The translations under genes were made by a program, and so were the position numbers. Of a stretch of DNA of 64,000 nt, positions 19,413 through 28,650 are shown piece after piece (the first letter of the stretch is position 1; every line of letters starts with the position of its first letter). Under the pieces are notes generated by a model, which had not been told where the DNA came from, did not search any database, and worked only from the letters and a program-made list of their open reading frames with translations. The DNA lies in the sequence record NC_103192.1. One strand, given 5' to 3'. This stretch comes from a phage.

Positions 19413-20894
19413 TTATTTAGCGTACCCGATCAATTCTACAGTTTTCCCAAAGCTTGGGATATAATTTTTATTATACCCTTCGGTGAGAACCCATAAAGTA
19501 TCGTACTTTTTCCACTTGTTGTCAACAACCTTTTGTTCAAAGTTGTGCTCAAAGTAGAGGTCGGTCAGGACGATGACATCTTTTGCATTTGGTATGTTAG
19601 CGTCCAGATACTCGAACACGCAAGCGGCTGTTGTGCCCCATGTTGAGTGGACCTCGTAGTTGATCATCTCGTCGATGTTCCCGCGAGTGTATACTTTAAC
19701 CTCTCCAACCTCAGTTGACCAACAGAACATCGTAACCTTGAACTCTTTATACAGATTGCACAACCCAGTGATCTCATTGAACATTTTCTTTAAAGTTCTT
19801 TGTGAGATCGATCCAGAAACGTCTAAAGCCACCACAATATCTATAGTGTTTTCCGGATTACGACCAGGAACAACAACGTGCTGATTCTTGTTTATAGCTC
19901 CAACTTTTCGCATTGTGCTGGTCAAAGACCCAGATCGGCGACCAGGTTTTCTGTAGGTTAGTTCAGCCTTTCGTTTAGACAGCATACGTTGCTTAATGAT
20001 GTCTATATAATTGATTACAGGCTTGCCTCTGTTTTTGACAAACTCGCGCACAGCCTCAGGGCAACGACCTCCGGAAGCTTGCATTGCTGCTTCCAACATG
20101 TCACCAGAGTCCTGCATGGCCTGATCTTTATCAGATTGACTGATCACGGGTTGTGGCTGATCATACCCCATAGCCTTTCCAAGATCGTCACTTGTGCCAC
20201 CGTTCCCACTCATGTGATCATCGGTTTGTCGTTTATCTCCTTGAGAGTTCTCGCCTTTACCGTTCTTACTTTTACCACTATTCTGATCTCTTTGCTTATC
20301 AAGAACTGCATAGACGTTCTCAGCAATCCATCCATGGAACCTCATGTCACAGTAGCAACTAGCTAAGAAGCCAAAAGGCTTACCTTTTACGAACGTAGTG
20401 CTTTTCCCCTTCGGAAAGAAAACACAAGGGGGCTTGCTAAAGTCAACCACAAGACCTGTGTTGATAACATGATCACAGGCAATATTGAACAGTTCCGGCT
20501 CAAAGCTTTTACCACGGACCAGATGATCGCAGATAATATGCCCCACTTCATGCGATAGAAGAAAGGCCACCTCTTTCACAGATTTGGGGGAATAGAAAAC
20601 CTCAGCCATCTCAAACTGCTCGTCAGTCAGAGATGCTTTAAGAATGGTTTTGCGCTCATCAGCCAGTCCCATAATGAACTCGGGACTGTAATAAATGCGT
20701 TTATGGTCTGTTGCCATGGTGGAGCACCATGTGTGGTTTTCTACGAACTGCAGCCCTGACAATAGTGTGCCATAAAACGGCAGTTTTTCAAGAAGATACA
20801 TGCGTGCTGCCTGCAGCATTCGCAAGGCGTCATCTTTTTGTGCGGCAATGATTTCTGAACTTCTGCTATCCATTAAAACTCCAGAAGGGGCCAA
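19413..20894 (-). CDS. metallopeptidase-like / von Willebrand factor A domain protein (CobT-like)
   Basis: HEVGHIICDH (HExxH) in N-terminal half; vWA MIDAS-type start IVVALDVSGSIS in C-terminal half. Confidence 0.75.
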   Translation of the reverse strand: MAPSGVLMDSRSSEIIAAQKDDALRMLQAARMYLLEKLPFYGTLLSGLQFVENHTWCSTMATDHKRIYYSPEFIMGLADERKTILKASLTDEQFEMAEVFYSPKSVKEVAFLLSHEVGHIICDHLVRGKSFEPELFNIACDHVINTGLVVDFSKPPCVFFPKGKSTTFVKGKPFGFLASCYCDMRFHGWIAENVYAVLDKQRDQNSGKSKNGKGENSQGDKRQTDDHMSGNGGTSDDLGKAMGYDQPQPVISQSDKDQAMQDSGDMLEAAMQASGGRCPEAVREFVKNRGKPVINYIDIIKQRMLSKRKAELTYRKPGRRSGSLTSTMRKVGAINKNQHVVVPGRNPENTIDIVVALDVSGSISQRTLKKMFNEITGLCNLYKEFKVTMFCWSTEVGEVKVYTRGNIDEMINYEVHSTWGTTAACVFEYLDANIPNAKDVIVLTDLYFEHNFEQKVVDNKWKKYDTLWVLTEGYNKNYIPSFGKTVELIGYAK

Positions 20895-20902
20895 CGGCCC
20901 CT
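20886..20902. other. GC stem-loop between two minus-strand genes
   Basis: aggggccaacggcccct; no T-run on the minus strand, so more likely a processing/stability hairpin than a terminator. Confidence 0.4.
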
Positions 20903-20906
20903 GTCA

Positions 20907-21962
20907 TTATTTAACGTGCTTGAAAATACCAGCCAACTCGGTCATTGTCATGCGAGTGGTCTTCATAAGGTCTGTCATAGCCTTCTCCATAATTGGAGAT
21001 ACTACCATAAAGTTACCTTTGGTGAAACCTTTATTCCAGTCGGTCACTAATAACGGTTTAAGTCCTGCCCCGAAACGCTCACCAGTTAAAGCACAGCATT
21101 TTCGAATGTACGTGCTCTTAAATTGGCTGAATGACAGATCAACTTTCATACCTGCATCGTAGAACGTCTGGCAATAGAAAGTGTAGGCTTTAGCAATCTC
21201 AACATCGTCAGGCAGTGCAGGAACCTCTTCTGTAAGCCCTTCTTCGACCTTTTGAGGCTCTTTTTCCTCTTCGTGAGCCTGTTGCGTCATTTCTTCAATC
21301 TCTTCTGTTACAGGCTCATTTACGATGTCAGAAATGTGCTTGTTGGCTTCACGATTAGCCATGAAGTTTTTAAAATCCTGCATTGGTGACATATCTTCCT
21401 CCCATTCTTCGTCAAAGAGTGCCAGTTTATCCTCTTCCGTTCCATATTGCAAGATGAAATCTTCAAAAGTGTAATCACCTTTCAATTTCTCCATGCGCTC
21501 TTCGCTCAGGTGAAGCATCATCTGCTGGACAATTTTTCGATCAGTTTTGTCTTTAATCAAGACTGCGGTCTTTTTATCTACCAGACAGTCCTTCAGGGAG
21601 TTGCACCTTAACCCAACCACACAACAGTTATCAATTGCGTAAGGACCTTCATCATCTATCCGCTCTAAGGATGGATAGAAAGGATTGCCCAACCCGTTTT
21701 CATCTGTGTGCATGTCAAAAGGTATAAGGGTATAGTCGCACACCCCCTCTCCTAAAAGTTTTTTACCAAATAGGAGGTATTCTTCCCATGACAGGTTGAA
21801 CTCTATATCTCGTTTCCGTGCATTATTTTGTTTGCGTCTGTATTTTTTGAGCAGGCGCTCTAACTCTTCTGGTGTATAATATTTTTCAAGATTCATAAGT
21901 CGTCTCTTGTGCTTTGTAGGTGAAGAAATCTTATCAAGTGCCTCAACAGATGTCAACCTCAA
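20907..21962 (-). CDS. hypothetical protein with two HNH_3-like repeats
   Basis: SLERIDDEGPYAIDNCCVV resembles HNH_3 core, second degenerate copy near C-terminus; product tentative. Confidence 0.45.
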   Translation of the reverse strand: MRLTSVEALDKISSPTKHKRRLMNLEKYYTPEELERLLKKYRRKQNNARKRDIEFNLSWEEYLLFGKKLLGEGVCDYTLIPFDMHTDENGLGNPFYPSLERIDDEGPYAIDNCCVVGLRCNSLKDCLVDKKTAVLIKDKTDRKIVQQMMLHLSEERMEKLKGDYTFEDFILQYGTEEDKLALFDEEWEEDMSPMQDFKNFMANREANKHISDIVNEPVTEEIEEMTQQAHEEEKEPQKVEEGLTEEVPALPDDVEIAKAYTFYCQTFYDAGMKVDLSFSQFKSTYIRKCCALTGERFGAGLKPLLVTDWNKGFTKGNFMVVSPIMEKAMTDLMKTTRMTMTELAGIFKHVK

Positions 21963-22038
21963 AAACGTGTTGACTTTACTCTAAATCCACGATATAGTGC
22001 ACCCATTCTAAAGAAAACGAACACAGGATCACTTAATC

Positions 22039-22938
22039 ATGTCAAATCTTAACAGCTTTAGCACTCGGTGGAAACAAGATATCACAACCAATCTCTCAGC
22101 AGGGGATATCCTTTCTGCAATTTACGAGGCCTTGGATGATAAAGCTACTTCAAAATCGGTCTGTACCAACCCGCTAATTCCTATAGTAATGAAGGTGATT
22201 GAACGTAGGTTGGTATCCGGATCTGATAAGTGGACATATCTGGATAATGGAGGCCACACTTACTCCAACGGATATGTTGATATAAAAGTGGAATACGCAG
22301 TATCATATCGCCGGAGCGGCTCTGTAACTTTCAACTTCTCTGGTGGTTTCCGATCTCTGGCAACTTCACCTTTTGTTTCCTCAGAGGAGAAGTTTGAACT
22401 TCCGTTCCTTTGGATGATGGCTAACGCGACAGGCAAAACCCCTGTAAGCATTCGCGTAAAATACAACTACAACGGATCTAGTAAGATCTATGCCGAGAGT
22501 GTCTCAGCAAGTTTTTATTTTGTGATGGGAGATGGAATCCTCAAACATATAAAGATGTGTGATATGCATGATGTTATAAATGAAGTAACTGATAAGAATG
22601 TTCTAGTAAAAGACCTCAACAATTTTTATACACCTGGAGACTATTACGTCAACCGTCCACTGTGCATCTTTAATGCCGCACACCCTTTAGGTGAGTATTT
22701 GATCGCCAATAGCGATATTGCCAATAACCGCTTCGAGGTAGCAAGAGTACAGAATGAGGTGTTGACATCTTGCAAGAGTGGTGATAAGTTTACCGAAGAA
22801 GAGATGAGTGTTTTAGAAATGATGGGATATAAGTGTAGCCTTTGGGTAGATGAGGTGTTTAATGACGGCATCTATGGACAGGATATTTACCCGTTAAAGA
22901 AGTATACTGATTCCAGTTTAATTTACGCGGAGATTTGA
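22039..22938 (+). CDS. hypothetical protein
   Basis: 299-aa ORF, first gene of plus-strand block after divergent intergenic region. Confidence 0.6.
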   Translation: MSNLNSFSTRWKQDITTNLSAGDILSAIYEALDDKATSKSVCTNPLIPIVMKVIERRLVSGSDKWTYLDNGGHTYSNGYVDIKVEYAVSYRRSGSVTFNFSGGFRSLATSPFVSSEEKFELPFLWMMANATGKTPVSIRVKYNYNGSSKIYAESVSASFYFVMGDGILKHIKMCDMHDVINEVTDKNVLVKDLNNFYTPGDYYVNRPLCIFNAAHPLGEYLIANSDIANNRFEVARVQNEVLTSCKSGDKFTEEEMSVLEMMGYKCSLWVDEVFNDGIYGQDIYPLKKYTDSSLIYAEI

Positions 22939-23213
22939 CTATGATGAAGTCATGTGGTAGTGTATATTATGTTGGTGAGGATGTTCAGGCAGATAGTGTG
23001 TGGAAATCCATTAAGTCCACCACCGACGATGCCTTCTTGAGCGGGTTATGTTTCCCCAATCCAGGAGACATTCTCCCTCACCCTGGAGATTTTGTTGTCA
23101 ACAAGACGGACGGTTATACCGTGTGCCTGATGGTTGAAAAAATCTTTTTAGACACTAGACACAATCACCGTCTTGTGCTAAAATTTCAAGAATGTAAAAT
23201 GACAGTTGCCTAA
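22935..23213 (+). CDS. hypothetical protein
   Basis: 92-aa ORF. Confidence 0.45.
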   Translation: MTMMKSCGSVYYVGEDVQADSVWKSIKSTTDDAFLSGLCFPNPGDILPHPGDFVVNKTDGYTVCLMVEKIFLDTRHNHRLVLKFQECKMTVA

Positions 23214-23226
23214 GGAGGCCTTACCG

Positions 23227-23583
23227 ATGTCCAAAGTTACTTATCGTGCAGCTATTTACTGCAATGAACAACCAATCAATAATGACGGTCACTGCCTTTT
23301 TAAAGAAAATCAGTTGGGCTGTATTGTCCTCCCTGATGAAGGGGAAGGTTATCTGATTGCATTGACAGGGTTTGAGCCTGAAGCCTTGGAAGCCAATCTG
23401 GACTACCTGGTAGAGAAGGGTGCTGCAGACCTGGTTGCCAATGGCCTCTCCATAAGCCTTGAAGAAGTGGAGCGCTTCATGGGCAATTACCGTGTAGTGC
23501 GTGAGTTTACTGTCGAGGTGGAAACTCCAGAGTGGGGTAGCACTGAAACTAATGCTGAAGAAAAAGAAGAGGAGGTAGAATAA
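23227..23583 (+). CDS. hypothetical protein, acidic C-terminus
   Basis: ATG 8 nt after AAGGAGG; C-terminal EEKEEEVE. Confidence 0.5.
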   Translation: MSKVTYRAAIYCNEQPINNDGHCLFKENQLGCIVLPDEGEGYLIALTGFEPEALEANLDYLVEKGAADLVANGLSISLEEVERFMGNYRVVREFTVEVETPEWGSTETNAEEKEEEVE

Positions 23584-23840
23584 TGAAAGTGCAAATCTTG
23601 ACTAATGCCGAGAAGATGTTTATCGAAGATACGCCTTTTGAAACTGGTGAGCTACAGTTTGTATATTTTGTTGACTTAGATAAGGTTTTTCCTGCGCTGA
23701 ATCTGGGTTTGGAGAAAGTACCTTATAAAACTCTATGCCAGGTTGTCCGTGCCTTAGCGGCAGATGGGGAGTTCCGCACCCTTGAAGATATCCAGACCTG
23801 TGGGTATCTTGAACTGCAACGAGAAGAAGAGGTGGACTGA
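23583..23840 (+). CDS. hypothetical protein
   Basis: 85-aa ORF, ATGA overlap with upstream gene. Confidence 0.5.
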   Translation: MKVQILTNAEKMFIEDTPFETGELQFVYFVDLDKVFPALNLGLEKVPYKTLCQVVRALAADGEFRTLEDIQTCGYLELQREEEVD

Positions 23841-23842
23841 TA

Positions 23843-24223
23843 ATGGCCCAGTGGAAGACAACAGTTGACCTTCATGATCAGTGGTTAGGACGCATCACCG
23901 AAGACGGGAAACTAGTGGAGTGGGACAACAAGCATGTTAGCGAGTTGGCAAGCATTGTGGCTGGTAAATTACGCTCCAAGTTCCCTGAACAACTGGATCC
24001 TGATAGTTCAAAGTTCGATCCTGAGTTGGAGGATGTTGTATACTACTTCGACACCGTTGATGACTACGACGCGTGGTTTGCAGCACGGGAGCTTTACCCA
24101 CAAGGCTCTGCTATGCGCCAGATGGAAGAAGATTATCCTCCGTGTGAGCAATTCAATAGTGCAATGACTTGCCTCTATGATTGGGCAGATAAGAACCTTG
24201 TCTGGATTCGGACTGCATTTTAG
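23843..24223 (+). CDS. hypothetical protein
   Basis: 126-aa ORF. Confidence 0.5.
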   Translation: MAQWKTTVDLHDQWLGRITEDGKLVEWDNKHVSELASIVAGKLRSKFPEQLDPDSSKFDPELEDVVYYFDTVDDYDAWFAARELYPQGSAMRQMEEDYPPCEQFNSAMTCLYDWADKNLVWIRTAF

Positions 24224-24267
24224 TGGGCAGGAATGGCGGCAAGGATGCTGCTTAAGGAGTAGTAGAG

Positions 24268-24537
24268 ATGTTATACCAGCAATATGAACTTCGTGCAGAA
24301 AAAGAGTTAAATTTTGACAAAGATATTCACAGATATTATTATGGGAAAGTTAGAGGGCAAGCAAGAAAGTGTACTCCAACACTCTTTTATGCCAGCAGAC
24401 GACTAGCGCCAGAAGAGGCAACAGCAGAAAGGGTTGCATATGGCTGGAGAGTTGCGTATGATATTGACAGATCCGATGTGATGTCTGTTTTGGAAAACTT
24501 TGAAAACACTTACACACAAGTAGAGGACTTTTACTAA
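24268..24537 (+). CDS. hypothetical protein
   Basis: 89-aa ORF directly coupled to the ATPase gene. Confidence 0.5.
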   Translation: MLYQQYELRAEKELNFDKDIHRYYYGKVRGQARKCTPTLFYASRRLAPEEATAERVAYGWRVAYDIDRSDVMSVLENFENTYTQVEDFY

Positions 24538-25721
24538 TGTCAAGAAACGTATTCGAAAGTGGTCAAATCACTGTCCGCGAGTTGCCAGCTATTATTCAAT
24601 TTGCCCAGCGTCATAACCGATCTGTCCTGATTTTAGGACCGATGGGTGTGGGGAAGAGCCAGGTGATGAAGCAGATTGCTGATAATATGTTCGGTGAGCG
24701 AGATGACAACCTGGTTGACGTGCGGCTGTCAGATAAAGATCCTGCTGACTTGTCTGGACTACCTATCCCTGTAGAGGCAGATGGAACTACACGCACAGTG
24801 TTTGCAATTCCAGAATTTTGGCCTGCAGACTCGGACTGGAGCGGAATTATCTTTCTGGATGAGCTTACTCATGCAGATAACTACCTGCAGAAGGTTGCAA
24901 TGCAAATTATGCTCGACCACAAGTGCGGCACCTATGCATTTCCTAAGGGCTCTGTTTTTGTAGCTGCAGGTAACCGTTCTACAGATGGTACGGTTCTTTC
25001 GGCGCTCGAAGCTCCTCTGGCTAACCGCTTTATCATTGTAGAAGTTACAAGCAATGCAGAGGTGTTTATTGAGGACTATGCATTCCTTAATGGGGTGCAC
25101 TCCTCTGTAATTGGATATTTGAAAAGAGTTCCATCAGCTATTGATAATTATGAGGCTATGGCTGAGATTAATTGTCCATCTTTTGCCACACCGCGATCTT
25201 GGGTTGCTGCATCTGATATCTTGCACGATTTTGACAGCGGTATTATTTCTGACGCTATGGCCCGTGTTCTTCTGCAAGGTGCTATTGGTCACACTGCAGC
25301 GGTAGAGATCTGGACTTACCACACCAAGAAACGCAATTTACCGGAAATCGGTCGGATTATGGCAGGTGGCTGCAAAGAATACGTAGGTCCTAAGCAGCCA
25401 GACATTTTGTGGATTCTTGGATCTGAAGGTTGTATCGCTATTCGTAATATGATGGAAAATGCAAGTATCTCAGACGAAGATCTTGTCAGCTGCGTGGCAA
25501 ACTTCCTCGATTTCCTTTGGGAAAACTTCAAGGACGAGAACCGAGATTTTGTATTCTCAGTCTTTATGGCGATGATGAAACCTAATGCCTTAGGAAATGC
25601 CTTGCTTATCGGTAAAGGGCGTGACAAGATTGTTGCTCAGCTGATCAAAGCATACCCAAACCTGATGAAGATTGTAAAAGAGTTTGGTGAAGAGTTTAGC
25701 GCCATTTTGGCTAAAGCTTAA
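24537..25721 (+). CDS. AAA+ ATPase, MoxR/CobS-like
   Basis: Walker A GPMGVGKS, Walker B IIFLDELTHA, sensor-like AAGN. Confidence 0.8.
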   Translation: MSRNVFESGQITVRELPAIIQFAQRHNRSVLILGPMGVGKSQVMKQIADNMFGERDDNLVDVRLSDKDPADLSGLPIPVEADGTTRTVFAIPEFWPADSDWSGIIFLDELTHADNYLQKVAMQIMLDHKCGTYAFPKGSVFVAAGNRSTDGTVLSALEAPLANRFIIVEVTSNAEVFIEDYAFLNGVHSSVIGYLKRVPSAIDNYEAMAEINCPSFATPRSWVAASDILHDFDSGIISDAMARVLLQGAIGHTAAVEIWTYHTKKRNLPEIGRIMAGGCKEYVGPKQPDILWILGSEGCIAIRNMMENASISDEDLVSCVANFLDFLWENFKDENRDFVFSVFMAMMKPNALGNALLIGKGRDKIVAQLIKAYPNLMKIVKEFGEEFSAILAKA

Positions 25722-25730
25722 GGGGGTTGT

Positions 25731-26111
25731 ATGGCTAAAGTAGGTAAGCGGGGAAACTACCTGGTGGTATTGACCGAGGAGCCGGAGAAGGAGTACGAAT
25801 GCAGCTCCACTTGCGTGATCGATATCCGAGAAAAAGATGTAGATGAAATCTGGTTTAAAATATTGGACGCTTGCGATAGCAGTGATTATTTCTTCATCTA
25901 TGTCAACGATAAGGCTGGGTTCTTCCATGACGACGGAGAGTTGCCGTATGAAATCTATGAACTTGTAGAGGCTTGCCATCGTGGAGATGCGGAGTTATTT
26001 GGCTTACGGCTGAAAAGCGGTAAATTCTTCTACCAAGACGAGTGCATGAATCTTCACAACTTCGTAGAGGGAACTTGCAACGATGGAGAGATTTTGGCAC
26101 ACTACGACTAA
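25731..26111 (+). CDS. hypothetical protein
   Basis: 126-aa ORF. Confidence 0.55.
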   Translation: MAKVGKRGNYLVVLTEEPEKEYECSSTCVIDIREKDVDEIWFKILDACDSSDYFFIYVNDKAGFFHDDGELPYEIYELVEACHRGDAELFGLRLKSGKFFYQDECMNLHNFVEGTCNDGEILAHYD

Positions 26112-26123
26112 TTTCTAAGACCA

Positions 26124-26150
26124 CCCCCGCTTCGGCGGGGATTTTCTATT
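26124..26150 (+). terminator. intrinsic terminator
   Basis: cccccgcttcggcgggg (UUCG loop) followed by attttctattt. Confidence 0.6.
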
Positions 26151-26160
26151 TGGAGCTATT

Positions 26161-26661
26161 GTGAAAATTAAAATCTTTGCTATTATTTTGAGCGCATTTT
26201 TATCGCTGCCTGTTGTTGCAGCACCCAAACAAAAAGTATATCACACCTGCAAGCCATCGGATACTAAGGAGAACATTCTGGCATGCAATATCTACAGGGA
26301 AGCCAGAGGAGATGGCACGATGGGTATGCTGGCATCAGGGTTTGCCACACTAAACAGGAAATCTCACCCCAAATACCCGGACACCATAAGAAAGATTGTC
26401 TACCAACCTAACCAGTTTTCGTGGACAAACCACGGCAAAACTTTTAAGGTGACAGAAAAAGATTCATGGGATCACGCTAAAAGTCTTGCAAAGATGCTTC
26501 TAAAGGTCTATAATAACAACCATGTTGCATACATGGCTATGGATATAACAGGTGGAGCAACGCACTATCATACAACAAAAGTACGACCGAAATGGGCAAA
26601 AAAGATGCAGAGGACAGCTCAATTCGGGAGTCATATCTACTACAAGGAGCGCAATAAATGA
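26161..26661 (+). CDS. SleB-type cell wall hydrolase with signal peptide (candidate endolysin)
   Basis: N-terminal MKIKIFAIILSAFLSLPVVAAP signal-like segment; NIYREARG motif of the Hydrolase_2 family; GTG start after GGAG. Confidence 0.7.
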   Translation: MKIKIFAIILSAFLSLPVVAAPKQKVYHTCKPSDTKENILACNIYREARGDGTMGMLASGFATLNRKSHPKYPDTIRKIVYQPNQFSWTNHGKTFKVTEKDSWDHAKSLAKMLLKVYNNNHVAYMAMDITGGATHYHTTKVRPKWAKKMQRTAQFGSHIYYKERNK

Positions 26662-28640
26662 TTGTAAACAGTAATGAAACTAAAGCAGTACTAACCGGAA
26701 ATATGGAGGTCACCAGGGGCTCAATTTCTCTGAACAAAGAGACTTTTGGGCTAATCATTAAAGGGATTTACGAAGATAAGGTGCTGGCAAGCTGCCGTGA
26801 ACCAATCTTCAATGCCGTGGACTCCCATGTTGAGTCTGGACGAGGTGATGTACCGATCATTATTCACTCTCCTACAGACCTTGAACCATACTTCTTTGTG
26901 CAGGACGTTGGATTGGGCATGTCAGAAGAGATGGTCCGCAACACTTTCATGAACCTCGGGGAGTCAACCAAGCGCAACAGCAACGCTCTGGTAGGTAATA
27001 AAGGTGTAGGTTCAAAGGCCCCGTTCAGCATGGTGGACACTTTCGATGTGATCAGTGTGCACAACGGTGTTGAAAGCACATATCTGTTGTTCTTGGATCA
27101 GGGTATCCCAAACGTTACCAAGATCCGCGAGCGGAAGACTGAAGAGCACAACGGGGTAAAAGTTCAGTTCCATGTTAAGAAAGAGCATGTCCTGAAATAT
27201 CGCACTGCTATTGCATCGTGCTTACGCTATGCGAAGTTTCCGTTCACCGTCACCGACCCTATGACCAGTAAAATGCTGGAAGGTGACAAGGTTGAGGCGC
27301 AGTATCACTACGAGAAAGATGGTTGGAAAATGACTATCCTAAAGGGCTATACCAGCTCTGACGAGAGTCGTGTGGTAATGGGGCACCAACCTTACCGATC
27401 TAAATTTCTGGAAACATTGACAGACTACCCTGCAATCTGTGTAGAGATCCCTATCGGGGATTGCAATATTAACCCAGGGCGTGAATGGACTATAGAGGGT
27501 CACGACGATGGTGGATTCCAAGAGCGTCTGGAGGCTTTTGTCAAAGAGGGTATCCGCCTACGTGGGGCAGAAGTTGTTGCGGAATTAGAGACAGCAAAAA
27601 CATCCTCAGAAGCACGCGAGATGATGAAGAACAGTGGAGTGTTCGGGCACATCTTCGGTAAAAATTTTATGTGGGAACGATGGGAAGAGACAGGACTAGG
27701 AAGCTTGGGAGATTGCGAGATCTTCGCTGGCGGCTTAAATAAAGGCCGTATAGGTTACGCCTGCTACGGAAAGGTAGAATTCTTACGGGGAGTCTATTTA
27801 GTATTTAACGACGGAGACGGCAAATATAACCGAAATAAGTGTAACTACTTAAGCGAGATCACCGGACGCAACGTTTTCTATTGCCGAAACACGGATCTGG
27901 TGAAAGAGTTTAAAGAGGCGGCACACCATCCTTTCTTTGCAGATACGGTCAAATTGTTATCAGAGCTCCCTCGCCGACCTGCGAAGAAAGGTGAAACAAA
28001 AACTCATTATGAGCCAGGCTATTGGGTTAAAAAACTTGAGAAGGATGGTTACTTCCGTCGTGAGCGTATTACTAAGGCAGAGTTCAAGAAGATTAAGCAC
28101 TGCATTCCTTATGAGGGTGATATCCAACGTGGAAGTTGTTGGCTGGGACAGCTAAGTAACATCTACCAGCAAAATTATGACCGTGTGCGTGCGGCACTCC
28201 AGATTCCTGAAGGGGAAGATCTGTACCTGGTATCAGAATCTCGTCTGCTTTGGACTGATCCTGATTGCCAGTATGTTACAGAGAAAAATGTGGAACATTT
28301 GTTGAAAGAGGACGCCTGGAAATTCTTACTGACTCGCGCAGCAAATGAAACTTCATATGACAGCCTGTATAGACAATTAGGGAAAATTATCCCCATGCAA
28401 GATTTTGGAAATTATCGGCCACATTTTCACAAGTGGGAAGGTAACACCGCGTGGAAGCACAGTGAGCTAAATCATCGTGCCAAAATCTTAATCGCCAACC
28501 GAGTCAAGTGCGGGAAGGCCTATATTGCAAGATTGGAAAAGAAATATCCACTTTTGAAGCATGTGGGCTTGAAATATTGGGACACTCCTGCTATGATTGA
28601 ATACCGTGAACTGATCGACGCAAAGAATAACACCAAATAA
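26658..28640 (+). CDS. rIIA: rIIA-like protein (GHKL ATPase fold)
   Basis: DVGLGMSEEMV and GNKGVGSKAPFS match the T4 rIIA ATPase motifs; immediately followed by rIIB. Confidence 0.75.
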   Translation: MIVNSNETKAVLTGNMEVTRGSISLNKETFGLIIKGIYEDKVLASCREPIFNAVDSHVESGRGDVPIIIHSPTDLEPYFFVQDVGLGMSEEMVRNTFMNLGESTKRNSNALVGNKGVGSKAPFSMVDTFDVISVHNGVESTYLLFLDQGIPNVTKIRERKTEEHNGVKVQFHVKKEHVLKYRTAIASCLRYAKFPFTVTDPMTSKMLEGDKVEAQYHYEKDGWKMTILKGYTSSDESRVVMGHQPYRSKFLETLTDYPAICVEIPIGDCNINPGREWTIEGHDDGGFQERLEAFVKEGIRLRGAEVVAELETAKTSSEAREMMKNSGVFGHIFGKNFMWERWEETGLGSLGDCEIFAGGLNKGRIGYACYGKVEFLRGVYLVFNDGDGKYNRNKCNYLSEITGRNVFYCRNTDLVKEFKEAAHHPFFADTVKLLSELPRRPAKKGETKTHYEPGYWVKKLEKDGYFRRERITKAEFKKIKHCIPYEGDIQRGSCWLGQLSNIYQQNYDRVRAALQIPEGEDLYLVSESRLLWTDPDCQYVTEKNVEHLLKEDAWKFLLTRAANETSYDSLYRQLGKIIPMQDFGNYRPHFHKWEGNTAWKHSELNHRAKILIANRVKCGKAYIARLEKKYPLLKHVGLKYWDTPAMIEYRELIDAKNNTK

Positions 28641-28650
28641 GGAGACAGCT

